64,000 bases of DNA from sequence record NC_042307.1; one strand, 5' to 3'. How positions within the stretch are numbered: position 1 is the first letter of the stretch; every line of letters starts with the position of its first letter. Shown here piece by piece: positions 1-9,332 of the stretch. Position numbers and translations under genes: made by a program. Below the pieces are notes generated by a model that was not told the origin of the DNA, made no database searches, and saw only the letters and a list, made by a program, of their open reading frames with translations. Origin of the DNA: a phage.

Positions 1-115
1 GGGTGCTATACAAAAGCGGGGGGCACGAGTCCACCCCGTTTTTCACCCCACTTCCGGGAGAATACCCCCCTCTCTTTTTTGATAATCCCCCCCCCACAAT
101 GATAAACGGCGTGAG
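1..115. repeat. G/C homopolymer-rich noncoding leader (G6, C7, C9 tracts)
   Basis: Tracts 'gcggggggcac', 'taccccccctctc', 'aatcccccccccac' read directly; no credible ORF. Confidence 0.4.
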
Positions 116-336
116 GAATGGGGATCTCAAGAGCGCTTTTAACGCCTAATATTTGGGCTTATTCCACTAACATAGGCAGATCTCTGATATTTATAACCGG
201 TTGGGATAAGGGTGTGGGGAAAGTCTTGTTAATAAAGGGTTCCAAAAGGGGTAAGGATTCTGTCCAAATCCAAATCGTGCGTTTAAATAAAGTCTGTGGG
301 AGAACCTTAATAACCAATGTTTGTTCACTTCCATTT

Positions 337-515
337 TTAAAACGAGGATCATTATCATTTGCATTCCACTTTCTAAATTATAATCATTCCCCTTTCTAAA
401 TGAGAATCATTTCACTTCTTGGATAATTATCATTCCCTTTTTTAAATGAGGATCATTATCATTTGCATTTCACTTTTTAAATGAGATTGATTTTTATTAT
501 CATTTGCATTCAGGC
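337..515. repeat. Imperfect direct repeats (iteron-like): 'ATCATTATCATTTGCATT' at 348, 452, 496 and 'TTTAAATGAG(A/G)ATCAT' x3
   Basis: Repeat units read directly; AT-rich, non-coding. Confidence 0.5.
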
Positions 516-517
516 GA

Positions 518-541
518 GCAGGGCAATTGCCCTGCGCTTTT
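518..541 (+). terminator. Perfect palindrome 'GCAGGGCAATTGCCCTGC' followed by T-run (terminator-like or protein-binding palindrome)
   Basis: Inverted repeat with 'gcttttgtg' downstream. Confidence 0.35.
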
Positions 542-627
542 GTGCAAATTCGACATTGCTCCACGGGTTTTACGTTCGGGCATGTATTTTCAAATTCGAC
601 CCATTTTTGGTAGTGTGCCAATTCGAC
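542..627. repeat. Three copies of 'CAAATTCGAC' motif spaced about 35-45 bp
   Basis: Copies at 544-554, 590-600, 617-627. Confidence 0.45.
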
Positions 628-629
628 CC

Positions 630-1109
630 TTAAATTTTATTCCTCCATTTTACTAGGAATTTTAGATTATTTGGACAGTTAGGGTGGGTACCATTACTAG
701 TAGGGACATAAGCCCGGTTATTATTACCCTTTGAGGTAGTTCTAGCAACACGAATATATTTTGGAAGATTGGTTGTTTTACTGTTGGTATTTTTGCGATT
801 TCTAGCATTTTTATAGTCAGGTATTTGTCTTAGATTCTCAGGAGAATTATTAGTGGGATCCTGATCTATATGATCTACCTGCAACTCGGGATCAATACTG
901 CCGTTATGTAGGCAGAAAACAATCCGAGAAACTGCTAGGGTTCCCACCCCAGATACAAAGACCACATAAGACTTCCTACCTTTTCCGTCGTCCCTTAAAG
1001 TGCCTGTATGTTTTCTTTTAGGTAATCTACTCAGTCCACTGGGACTTGATGGGTCAATAAAAAATAAGTCTTTCATTTGTGCATATTCGATAGGTATATA
1101 TCTTGACAT
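630..1109 (-). CDS. HNH homing endonuclease (HNH_3-like)
   Basis: Motif 'VDHIDQDPTNNSPENLR'; ATG at 1109 preceded by AGGAGG; track ORF 630..1163 trimmed to RBS-supported start. Confidence 0.6.
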   Translation of the reverse strand: MSRYIPIEYAQMKDLFFIDPSSPSGLSRLPKRKHTGTLRDDGKGRKSYVVFVSGVGTLAVSRIVFCLHNGSIDPELQVDHIDQDPTNNSPENLRQIPDYKNARNRKNTNSKTTNLPKYIRVARTTSKGNNNRAYVPTSNGTHPNCPNNLKFLVKWRNKI

Positions 1110-1183
1110 AATAAAATTCCTCCTATGAAGTAATATTATAACAAAATTTTCGAAAGTGTGCAAGTGAAATTTTTATATTTGAA

Positions 1184-1212
1184 AATAACCGCCCTCCCTA
1201 TAACCGCCCTAT
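1184..1212. repeat. 29-bp direct repeat copy 1 'AATAACCGCCCTCCCTATAACCGCCCTAT'
   Basis: Identical copy at 1698-1726. Confidence 0.6.
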
Positions 1213-1239
1213 TCGAATCCTGTGGAATTAGCTAGAGTA

Positions 1240-1656
1240 TGTGCAAATCCGACATGTGTTGAGATGTGCGAATCCGATGAAATTTTTATGACTTCGATGA
1301 GAGGGTGTGTGATTGTATGGGTTTGTGGAGAAGATGAGAGAGCGAGAGAAATTTTGGGACTAGAAGGAAGTGGGCGCAGGATTGGTGCGGAGCACCTGAT
1401 TTGCGGGGATTTTGGGGAATAGTTGAGATAATTTGGGGAGATTTGAGATAGGTGCAGAAAAAGTAAAATTTTATTAGCAAAATGGGGCAAAATAGCTTGA
1501 CAAGTGAAAATTCTTGTGGCCCTAAAAACTCAGGCAATCATGGGCCTTCGGCCCGAAATAATGCTGCTATTTTCAAGAGATTATATGTTCCTAAAAACTT
1601 AGGCGTTTGTGCAAATCCGACCATAAATTTCTAGAAACACAATGTGCAAATCCGAC
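1240..1656. repeat. Dispersed 13-mer 'GTGCAAATCCGAC' copies (1240, 1266 variant, 1609, 1644) in ORF-poor region
   Basis: Motif read directly; related 'CAAATTCGAC' copies at 544-627 and one more copy at 3660. Confidence 0.5.
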
Positions 1657-1697
1657 AGTAAAATCCAGAAATGTGTTTTCAAAAAATGTCTCCTAGA

Positions 1698-1726
1698 AAT
1701 AACCGCCCTCCCTATAACCGCCCTAT
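1698..1726. repeat. 29-bp direct repeat copy 2
   Basis: Identical to 1184-1212. Confidence 0.6.
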
Positions 1727-2190
1727 ATTAACCGCCTATTGCTAGAGTTTCTAGGAACATGAAAACCGCCTGAGTTGGCTAGAGAAACAGATTTAAAGTT
1801 TAATGTAAACTCTAGAGTTAGTGCTCAACTATTCCTAGAAACTTAGGAGTCTAGAAGAAAGTGTTGTGCCATCCTAGCAGATGAGCGGCAACAAGTGTAT
1901 CATCTTGAACACAGATATTGCCTTTAAATATTTATCAGTTATTTAAAAGTTAATATACCCCCATTTCATGAGAGTTAGCCCCTCTAGGCGCGTGCGATTT
2001 GATACATCCTCCTAAGTCTCGGTGTGGAAGAACAATTGACGAGAACCTGCAAACAGAACCGTCATCAAGTGTTTTCCTACGAGGAATGATGTAAATCTAC
2101 GGCCTAGAGGTAAAAACAAGTTGATGTTTTTAATCTATGAGATTATTATAACATGCATTTGGATATCTGTCAAGAATTTTTCGTTAACGT

Positions 2191-2916
2191 TTATACATCG
2201 TGATTGACTTTGAGTATGACTCCCTTCGATGCCATGAAAAGGAATGTTGCTAGGTAAGATGACTCGGAATTTAGCGCAGAATAATCTACACTTCCTCTAG
2301 GTCTCGTATCCTGCATCGTATCAAGAATTGTTGAGATGTCAAACTTAACAGACTTCGCAACTTTTCTAGCCTGTTCAGGATCACGTAAGATTTCGAAATG
2401 TGCAGCATCTAGAATAGGGTTAGATGTTGTTGAGTCGTCAACTATACTTAGATGAACCTGCGCAAGTATAGATACAATTCCTAGCTTTAATTCAGATAGA
2501 GAAGAATAAGGTGGTTCTACTTTCTTTGTAAGTCTAGGAAGATGATCATACTTACATTGCTTAGGTGGAATTATCAAAATCTTAGGATAACATTCTAAGG
2601 CTGTCTTTGCACTTCCTTCTTTAAAATGTGGGAGTTCTTTATCCGCAAAGACATGGAATGAATCTGCTGAAAATCCTTTAATAGTAGGGTCAACAGTTTG
2701 AATCAGACGACGTATACTAATATATGAAGGAGCTAATGTAACTTCTTCCGCATCCTTATTATATTTAGGCTGTCCACTAGCATTAATGTACGCAGGATAA
2801 AACTCTGCACAAAACGCTACTGCATGTGTCTCTAGTTCATTAAGTTGAGAAACACATTTTCCATTACAAGCTCTAGCTAATTTAATAATCTCTGCTAAAT
2901 TCTTTTTAATACTCAT
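2191..2916 (-). CDS. hypothetical protein (241 aa)
   Basis: Long ORF, 4-bp overlap with next gene (operon-like). Confidence 0.5.
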   Translation of the reverse strand: MSIKKNLAEIIKLARACNGKCVSQLNELETHAVAFCAEFYPAYINASGQPKYNKDAEEVTLAPSYISIRRLIQTVDPTIKGFSADSFHVFADKELPHFKEGSAKTALECYPKILIIPPKQCKYDHLPRLTKKVEPPYSSLSELKLGIVSILAQVHLSIVDDSTTSNPILDAAHFEILRDPEQARKVAKSVKFDISTILDTMQDTRPRGSVDYSALNSESSYLATFLFMASKGVILKVNHDV

Positions 2917-3401
2917 ATGTCATCCGCCTGTCCACTAGCTGTTGCTGCTAATCTTCTTTCACGTTTCAAGATATTATTAATAATATCTTTTGCATCAGAT
3001 TTATTTTTGGCTGTTTTCTTTATTAATTCAAATAAGAATCTTGGGTTAGGAACTTCAAACTCTTCCTCTCCTAAACATATAGTATACTCTTTTAAGTGTA
3101 GCTGAGTATATTTAGTAAGAGGGAAAGATTCTAGTATTCCCGTACTATCAACAGGAATATGTTCTTTCATAGGGATCACAGCGCATTTCTGTTCTTTCAA
3201 GAAATTCAGGAATCCAATAGTTTGGACATCTTCTGAATCATAGGAGACTTTTCTGATAGTCTCAATAAGCGTAATAGCCTCAAAGGTTAATACAGTTAAA
3301 TAACGTCGTACGGTAGAACCATCGGTTATTTGTAGAAAGTAAACCGACGAATCCTCTGTTGGTTCAAACAGTATATTAGCAAACTTAAATGCTTCTTTCA
3401 T
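2913..3401 (-). CDS. hypothetical protein (162 aa)
   Basis: ORF translationally coupled to neighbours. Confidence 0.5.
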   Translation of the reverse strand: MKEAFKFANILFEPTEDSSVYFLQITDGSTVRRYLTVLTFEAITLIETIRKVSYDSEDVQTIGFLNFLKEQKCAVIPMKEHIPVDSTGILESFPLTKYTQLHLKEYTICLGEEEFEVPNPRFLFELIKKTAKNKSDAKDIINNILKRERRLAATASGQADDI

Positions 3402-4015
3402 TAACTACCTCTCTTATCTTCGTTAAGAGCAGCTCCCAGTGTTTCCATAATTGCATCTTCTAGACTTCCATGCTTACTAGGATTGCTTAAGTGAGTAACG
3501 TAGATGGGATTCCTAGAAACTCCAGAGTCCACAGGCGCTACGCTTTTCATGTCAGATTCAAAAGCTTCTTGAGTATGTTTCAACTGTGCAGATGGTCCAT
3601 AATCTTCACCAACTCGATATGAGGAATTATTTTCTATGACGCCACCACACGGAACATTGTGCAAATCCGACGTTGTTTTAGGACTGTTCCACATTGTAAT
3701 TGGCCCTGACTGCCACGGATCCCGAATAGTTACTGGAGTACTAGGGCGGTTCACCTCAGTCTTCACGAGTTTATAACCAGCATCTATTAATGCATTAATA
3801 AGGTTATCAGCTGGAATGCGAGCCTTGCCAAAAATCTTACGAGCGTTGTTGAGCTTACCTTCAAAATCTTTACATGCTTTAATATTAGTGTGTGCAAAGG
3901 TTAGCTTCATAGATTTGAATTGTACAGTGGCAGTTAAATCTTTGAAGCTATAATCCCACGTATTCAGTTCATGATCTGGTACTACTTGAATAGATTGTTG
4001 TGCATATAAAGTCAT
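3401..4015 (-). CDS. hypothetical protein (204 aa)
   Basis: ORF; start overlaps stop of upstream gene. Confidence 0.5.
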   Translation of the reverse strand: MTLYAQQSIQVVPDHELNTWDYSFKDLTATVQFKSMKLTFAHTNIKACKDFEGKLNNARKIFGKARIPADNLINALIDAGYKLVKTEVNRPSTPVTIRDPWQSGPITMWNSPKTTSDLHNVPCGGVIENNSSYRVGEDYGPSAQLKHTQEAFESDMKSVAPVDSGVSRNPIYVTHLSNPSKHGSLEDAIMETLGAALNEDKRGS

Positions 4016-4200
4016 TATTTATTCTCCAGTTTGTCTAACAGCTTATGAGCTGCTAGATTATATTGTTTAAGTTCACGGTTAAGGATTTGGTTCTCACACT
4101 TTAACTCTAAATTCTTATTATTAAGAATATTACAGATTAGTAGAAGTGCTAGTATAACTAGCAGGGAACCTACAAGCATTAAAAGAAAAAGAGTTTCCAT
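4015..4200 (-). CDS. small membrane protein (TM helix + coiled coil)
   Basis: Hydrophobic 'LFLLMLVGSLLVILALLLI' then charged heptad-like tail. Confidence 0.4.
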   Translation of the reverse strand: METLFLLMLVGSLLVILALLLICNILNNKNLELKCENQILNRELKQYNLAAHKLLDKLENK

Positions 4201-4445
4201 TATTTAATTCCCATGTAACGTTTGAGATATGTGATGAAGTCTTCTGTTGTATGTTTTAGGCTACCCTGAACCACAAACAACTTTAAAGCCTCACGCTGTA
4301 ATTTAAGAGCAGCTAACTCACCACGTAATTTTGTTAAATCTTCCGCTAGTTCCCTAGCTCTGCGCATAATAGCAAATGATACAAATGTTACAATAAATAA
4401 CATAACTGCTAAAATAATTACTATGATCTCCATATTAACATCCAA
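4200..4445 (-). CDS. small membrane protein (TM + coiled coil)
   Basis: Hydrophobic N-terminus 'IIVIILAVMLFIVTFVSFAI'. Confidence 0.4.
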   Translation of the reverse strand: MDVNMEIIVIILAVMLFIVTFVSFAIMRRARELAEDLTKLRGELAALKLQREALKLFVVQGSLKHTTEDFITYLKRYMGIK

Positions 4446-4704
4446 CTCTTATTATATATTTGGGCATGTTCTACTAATTCATTTATTGATGTAGAATTAT
4501 CGTAGATACCCTCTAGTAAACGTTTTCTGTCAAATTTATCAACTAAATACTCTGCGCCATTTATTACTACCCTATACAGCTTCTGGAACTAAGGGGTGTT
4601 TGTTTGGTATTGGGCGACTGCTTAAGTTTATTTCGTTTTTACCCCATTCTGTTTTAAATAGTTTGTTACTAAGTGCTGCTAGTGGGTTTGACCATACAAT
4701 ATAG

Positions 4705-5151
4705 CTACTCACTATTTATCTCCATTCTTAGCTTTGAAAACTTATTATACCAAACTATATGATTATCGTCAATTACAAATTTATGGTAACATGCTGGTAC
4801 GGTATAAGTTCCATAATCAGTGACACGCTGCACAACCTTGTGTGCGCACAGTCGACATCCATGCCCTTCTAAATGAGATCTAGCAGTTTGCCAGTAATAA
4901 CCCTTATGGTCTGGACAATAGATCTCGACTTGCTGTTGCATTGTCTTATAATTTACACGCTCATATCCGAAGAAAGCTCCATGAGCTGCAATGGCTTTCT
5001 TGATAAATATAAGGTTTAGTGCTTCTTGTTGAAAGTCGGGGTGTAGCTGCTTAATCTTAGTTCTATTAATAGACCCATCCGATTTGATGAATCTATTTAT
5101 TGGAAAGTTATTAGCTTCCTCGATTAATAATTCATTTACTTTCTCTCTCAT
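4705..5151 (-). CDS. zinc-ribbon protein ('CPDHKGYYW...GHGCRLC')
   Basis: Start ATG 5151 chosen to abut stop of upstream ORF; Cys/His motif like the repeats of the T5orf172-type proteins. Confidence 0.4.
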   Translation of the reverse strand: MREKVNELLIEEANNFPINRFIKSDGSINRTKIKQLHPDFQQEALNLIFIKKAIAAHGAFFGYERVNYKTMQQQVEIYCPDHKGYYWQTARSHLEGHGCRLCAHKVVQRVTDYGTYTVPACYHKFVIDDNHIVWYNKFSKLRMEINSE

Positions 5152-5152
5152 A

Positions 5153-5356
5153 TTAGATACTCTCACAACTAAGGTGGAAACATTCGTAAGCATCTCCAGT
5201 AAACTCTTTATCTTGTAGTATACACTTAGCCTGATCTTCCGGTACTCCAGCATCTAATAATTGTTGTTTACTTGGCTTTTCAGCGAATACTTTTACAAAA
5301 TACTCACCATCCTGATTATACTCATTTATATCCCTAGTAAGGACATACACTTGCAT
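5153..5356 (-). CDS. hypothetical protein (67 aa)
   Basis: ORF in gene-dense minus block. Confidence 0.35.
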   Translation of the reverse strand: MQVYVLTRDINEYNQDGEYFVKVFAEKPSKQQLLDAGVPEDQAKCILQDKEFTGDAYECFHLSCESI

Positions 5357-5365
5357 TTAAAGTTC

Positions 5366-5404
5366 CTTGAAAACACAAAAGGCCAGAACAATTAAGTCCT
5401 GGCC
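5366..5404 (-). terminator. Rho-independent terminator (stem GGCCAG/CTGGCC + T-run on minus strand)
   Basis: Hairpin then 'ttttgtgtttt' in minus sense, downstream of gene ending 5412. Confidence 0.5.
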
Positions 5405-5411
5405 CCTAGAA

Positions 5412-5783
5412 TTAATGAAGTTGTTTACCACTTCTTAACATAGTGGCCGTTTCCATAAGACCTAGCGTAGCATCACGCTTATTGATCTGTTTACCAAGTT
5501 CATCAGTACGTTTACTGATGTAAGCATTAATAGCCATATTCATAGCTGTAGCGAGATCTTCTTTGGTTATCTCTTCATCGTCTAAAGCTAATTTAGCCAA
5601 AGAATCAAATGTGTTAGAGAGTCCTATAAGATCTGAGGTTTCTCCAGCCAAAATAGGATTAATATTATCTACTGTTACTTCTAGCATGGAGTTGACAATA
5701 TCTTCACCGTCTATTAGACCAGATTCAATATTACTCTCCCACTCCTTCATCTGCTCCAATAATGGATTTTTCTTTTCTGTCAT
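5412..5783 (-). CDS. hypothetical acidic protein; start uncertain (5783 or 5750)
   Basis: Track ORF 5412..5849 overlaps upstream gene; internal ATGs with weak RBS. Confidence 0.35.
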   Translation of the reverse strand: MTEKKNPLLEQMKEWESNIESGLIDGEDIVNSMLEVTVDNINPILAGETSDLIGLSNTFDSLAKLALDDEEITKEDLATAMNMAINAYISKRTDELGKQINKRDATLGLMETATMLRSGKQLH

Positions 5784-6192
5784 GGTAGAGGTTTCCTGTG
5801 TCAGTCGGTAAGAAGGATGATTGCGTTTTAGGTGGATGTTGCTTAGCAATCCAGTTAAGAATCAGCACGCGACTAGGAACAATATCGGTGTTATACCAAA
5901 AATCGTGAACCCATTGACGAGCATCTTCAAACTTACCAAATTTATATGCTTTCTTAAACAATTCAAATCCAAAACAATCTAGTGTAAAGTCTACTTCGCG
6001 ATATTGAATTACTTTAGAACCAGTTAGGTCTTGGATCGCTGCATTAATTTCTGTATGTGAGAATTTTGTTTCATGAAACTTATTAAAGAATCGGTAGTTG
6101 AAGCGTCCGTTCGTTTCGACAAATAACTGGATGAAGAGATCGTTAAATTGGTTATCAAACCAGTAATTCTGTAGTTGTTGTAGTGCTGTCAT
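5731..6192 (-). CDS. hypothetical protein (153 aa)
   Basis: ORF. Confidence 0.45.
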   Translation of the reverse strand: MTALQQLQNYWFDNQFNDLFIQLFVETNGRFNYRFFNKFHETKFSHTEINAAIQDLTGSKVIQYREVDFTLDCFGFELFKKAYKFGKFEDARQWVHDFWYNTDIVPSRVLILNWIAKQHPPKTQSSFLPTDTGNLYHDRKEKSIIGADEGVGE

Positions 6193-6389
6193 TTACGAAC
6201 CCCGTTAATTGCCATAATGATGCCTTCGTACATAAAAGGAAGTAGTTCAGAAGTGTAGAAGATATTTTCCGTTATTCCTAGATGTCGAAAAAATATATTA
6301 AATAATGCTGTTAGAAATACAATCTGAGGCAGTAATATAAAATACTCAGTTACAATCTTTGGTGCCTGATAAACAAGACGTTTTATCAT
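6189..6389 (-). CDS. small membrane protein (66 aa)
   Basis: Hydrophobic segment 'ILLPQIVFLTALFNIFF'. Confidence 0.35.
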   Translation of the reverse strand: MIKRLVYQAPKIVTEYFILLPQIVFLTALFNIFFRHLGITENIFYTSELLPFMYEGIIMAINGVRK

Positions 6390-6488
6390 TGTTTTTAAGT
6401 CTCCTTATTACTTTGGCCTGCTCCACAATAATGAAAACTGCGAGCACTAATAGTGCTATTAGCCCCGCAGTAATTGGTACTAAATCAA

Positions 6489-6866
6489 TCATGGGAGACG
6501 CCATACATAATTAGCAGTCTGTAGAACTTCGGAAACACCATCGTGTTGCATCACTACAGACGTTGGAGAGTAACTATTCGCCAGTTCTGTACGAACCATC
6601 TCACATTCTTCTCCAGTTTCAATATTTTTAACAATCACTTTCATATTAAGGGGTGTTAATATAGAAAGTGGTTTCCAAGAATCCTCAATTTCAACCCCTA
6701 CCTTTTTCTCGATTAACATGAGAACTTCTAGTGTATCATCTGGAATACTAATATTATTATTTACAAACTGTAACAGCTCATGCAAAGTATTTAATTCGTT
6801 AAAATTAAGTTTCATCTTTAAGAATATCCTCAACCATATCACAGGACTGTTGCAATTCGTCAGCAA
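6489..6866 (-). CDS. hypothetical protein (125 aa)
   Basis: ORF. Confidence 0.4.
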   Translation of the reverse strand: MLTNCNSPVIWLRIFLKMKLNFNELNTLHELLQFVNNNISIPDDTLEVLMLIEKKVGVEIEDSWKPLSILTPLNMKVIVKNIETGEECEMVRTELANSYSPTSVVMQHDGVSEVLQTANYVWRLP

Positions 6867-7050
6867 TGCGCTTAATATCGGTTTTCGTCACTTTACCGAT
6901 TAACATCACCAGTAACATAGAAAGTATAATAAGTGGAACTGGGATAACAAATAGTGCTACCTTAACTATATTCTTTGGTGCCCATGTATGGTACTTAGTA
7001 ACTAGAACCCCTACCACGATTATATAAAATGCTAGAATAAACATCATCAT
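6805..7050 (-). CDS. small membrane protein (2 TM)
   Basis: Two hydrophobic stretches. Confidence 0.35.
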   Translation of the reverse strand: MMMFILAFYIIVVGVLVTKYHTWAPKNIVKVALFVIPVPLIILSMLLVMLIGKVTKTDIKRIADELQQSCDMVEDILKDET

Positions 7051-7328
7051 TTTTTAATCTCCGTGATTATCTGTGTACGCATTACTTTAGCAGGTAATTT
7101 ATTATTCCCAACTATTGCTTCTATATTATTTAATTTTTCCTTAAGAATATCCGAGCGTCTTTGGGCTATTTCAATATCTTGCTCTTGCTCTAGCAAGCGG
7201 TGGTGTAGTCCATCATTAGTAATAAGCATACTTTCCATGTTTTTTCGTGCGTTTATAATCCCAATAACTCCACCAATCGCTACTAGTGTAGTAAGAACTA
7301 GTAACCCAATAAGAATTTCTGTAATCAT
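7047..7328 (-). CDS. membrane-anchored coiled-coil protein (93 aa)
   Basis: N-terminal TM 'ILIGLLVLTTLVAIGGVIGI' then charged helix. Confidence 0.4.
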   Translation of the reverse strand: MITEILIGLLVLTTLVAIGGVIGIINARKNMESMLITNDGLHHRLLEQEQDIEIAQRRSDILKEKLNNIEAIVGNNKLPAKVMRTQIITEIKK

Positions 7329-7861
7329 TTATTTAATTCCTCTAAAGTAGGTAAGGGTTTTGTATGATCAAAAGTTTCTATAACAGCGTTAGACCCATGT
7401 AGTTCTAAACGTAGTTCATTAGCTCTTTGAACCGCTAATTCTAGATCTAAGAAATCAAAATACCCACCATGTACTAACTTTTTGTATGAATCTACAACCC
7501 TTACTTCCCATTTTTGCTTTTGTTTATGCCAAAAGATTCCCAAATACCCTGATTTGCTCCTTGCTGTTCTATTTCTAGAATTTTCTTGGTTGTTAGACTC
7601 TCTAAGGTTAGCCCACCTATTATCACTCCGTATACGATTTACGTGGTCTATTACTTCGGGAATATAACCTTCCATATAGAGGAAGGCTAGTCGATGTGCT
7701 TTGTAACCTACTTTATCTACTCTTATTTCTATATACCCAGTCTTTCTTAGACAGCCAGCAATACTACCAGCTTTTTGATTACCTATACTTACTAATCTAA
7801 TAAACTCGCCCGTTTCCGGGCGGTATTCCAATAATTCTTTTAATCTTTCTTGTGTTATCAT
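7325..7861 (-). CDS. HNH homing endonuclease (MITQERLKEL family)
   Basis: Motifs 'EVIDHVNRIRSDNRWANLRESNNQEN'; paralog of ORFs at 14934, 31921, 56828. Confidence 0.7.
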   Translation of the reverse strand: MITQERLKELLEYRPETGEFIRLVSIGNQKAGSIAGCLRKTGYIEIRVDKVGYKAHRLAFLYMEGYIPEVIDHVNRIRSDNRWANLRESNNQENSRNRTARSKSGYLGIFWHKQKQKWEVRVVDSYKKLVHGGYFDFLDLELAVQRANELRLELHGSNAVIETFDHTKPLPTLEELNK

Positions 7862-8133
7862 TTTTTCTTTAATTGCTTAACTTCACGCTCAAAGCTAGCT
7901 GCTCGGCGTTCTGCCACTGCTTGATGCTCCTTAGCAAAGCGTGCCTCTTGTTTTGCTAAGTTAAAGGCCATAGCGTTCTTGTTAAGAGAATCGTACATCT
8001 TTTTCATTGCTGGGATGGACATTTTCATCAGTTGCCCCTCAAATCCTTGCATGTCGAGGAAAATTGCTAATACATTGGCCATTTCAGTCTTGGTAAGGTT
8101 AGAGGCGTCGAAGTCTTTAGTCATGTTTTCCAT
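7858..8133 (-). CDS. hypothetical protein
   Basis: ATG 8133 preceded by GAGAGAGGAAA RBS. Confidence 0.45.
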   Translation of the reverse strand: MENMTKDFDASNLTKTEMANVLAIFLDMQGFEGQLMKMSIPAMKKMYDSLNKNAMAFNLAKQEARFAKEHQAVAERRAASFEREVKQLKKK

Positions 8134-8165
8134 TATAATTTCCTCTCTCATTAATTTATGAACTT

Positions 8166-8194
8166 ATTATACAGAATTTTGAGGTTTAAAGCAA
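8166..8194 (-). promoter_or_regulatory. Sigma70-like early promoter (-35 TTGCTT, 17 bp, -10 TATAAT on minus strand)
   Basis: Plus-strand 'attata'(8166-8171) and 'aagcaa'(8189-8194). Confidence 0.5.
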
Positions 8195-8211
8195 CTGAAT
8201 TTTTTAATTAC

Positions 8212-8643
8212 TTACCAATCGTTAACAACACCAGAGAACTCAGAAGCAAAAACTTTCTCAAATTTTTCTGCAATTTCAGGATGATCTTTACAGATTAACT
8301 CAATACATGCTTCTGGAGCCATTCCTTCGTCTTCAGGATCACCATAATACTTGTCCCAAAGATCGTCAGGGATGATATGCTCTGCCAAATCTTGGAAAGA
8401 GATTAGCTGATAACGTTCTGCTTCATCGGGGATAAGGATTTCACAAAGATCTTTATCTATATCACTACGGTAATCAGCAATTAGTAGGGCATTGCAAGCA
8501 TGACACTCCCAAACCATCAAGCGTTCAGAAATAGGATTAGACTTATCCTGAACGTAAGACTGAAACAGGGTTCGGAAAGTAGCTTTAACTTGTTCAAACT
8601 TATCTGCTGCTGCGAAAACTAGAGCTTTATCTACTTTGTTCAT
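8212..8643 (-). CDS. hypothetical acidic protein (143 aa)
   Basis: ORF with GAGAAGGAAA RBS. Confidence 0.45.
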   Translation of the reverse strand: MNKVDKALVFAAADKFEQVKATFRTLFQSYVQDKSNPISERLMVWECHACNALLIADYRSDIDKDLCEILIPDEAERYQLISFQDLAEHIIPDDLWDKYYGDPEDEGMAPEACIELICKDHPEIAEKFEKVFASEFSGVVNDW

Positions 8644-8810
8644 TTTGTTTCCTTCTCATCAATTTATAAGATAATTATACAGAAACTTAGGCATTTTAGC
8701 AAATAAAACTTTTAATTAAAATGCCTAGTCCTGTACCAATAGCAATACAAATAATTATAAGTATTGCTATTGCTTGTATGACTCGTTTAATGATAGCCTC
8801 AGCTATATAC

Positions 8811-9332
8811 TTAGACATTTAACATCCAGCTAGTTTTATCATGAGAAGTGTACTTACCATTCATGATGTCTTCCAGGCGTACTGGTGATTTTGCATACTC
8901 TACACAAACGTTAATATAACGGGGATCTCCCATTAACTCAAAGTGAGTATGCCCATGTAAGTTCTTCTTGCCCCTTAACTCTTCTGGGTGTACTGGAGCA
9001 TGGGAAAGCCAAAAGTTTTTATATTTAACTAGTGATTGTACGTTATCTACAACTCCCACTAAGTCTTTGAAAGATAACCCTTCTCGTTCTAAGTCGTGGT
9101 TCCCCAAAACTAAGGTAGTTCTAGCATTACTAAAGAGTTTTTCGAATTTCTCCAAACCATTTCTAGATACAAATGCATCCCCTAAAATATAAAATACTGT
9201 ACGCTTATCTTTCATGGATGTAATAGTATCCATAATAAATTCATCATGCTCTTCCATAGTAGAAAAGATTGGTCTGAATTTAGTAATATTTGCATGTCCT
9301 AAATGGAGATCACTCCAAAAGCAAACTTTCAT
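8811..9332 (-). CDS. calcineurin-like metallophosphoesterase
   Basis: 'DLHLGH', 'GDAF..RN', 'GNHD' motifs. Confidence 0.6.
   Translation of the reverse strand: MKVCFWSDLHLGHANITKFRPIFSTMEEHDEFIMDTITSMKDKRTVFYILGDAFVSRNGLEKFEKLFSNARTTLVLGNHDLEREGLSFKDLVGVVDNVQSLVKYKNFWLSHAPVHPEELRGKKNLHGHTHFELMGDPRYINVCVEYAKSPVRLEDIMNGKYTSHDKTSWMLNV

Noticed and set aside
118-399. 93-aa plus-strand ORF
   Set aside because: Lies entirely in the tandem-repeat, AT-rich region; no RBS; sequence is low complexity
337-515. Possible CRISPR array
   Set aside because: Repeats are imperfect and irregularly spaced, with no unique spacers of uniform length
1209-1537. Three overlapping short ORFs on both strands
   Set aside because: Fall within the repeat/motif-rich noncoding block; mutually exclusive frames and no translation signals
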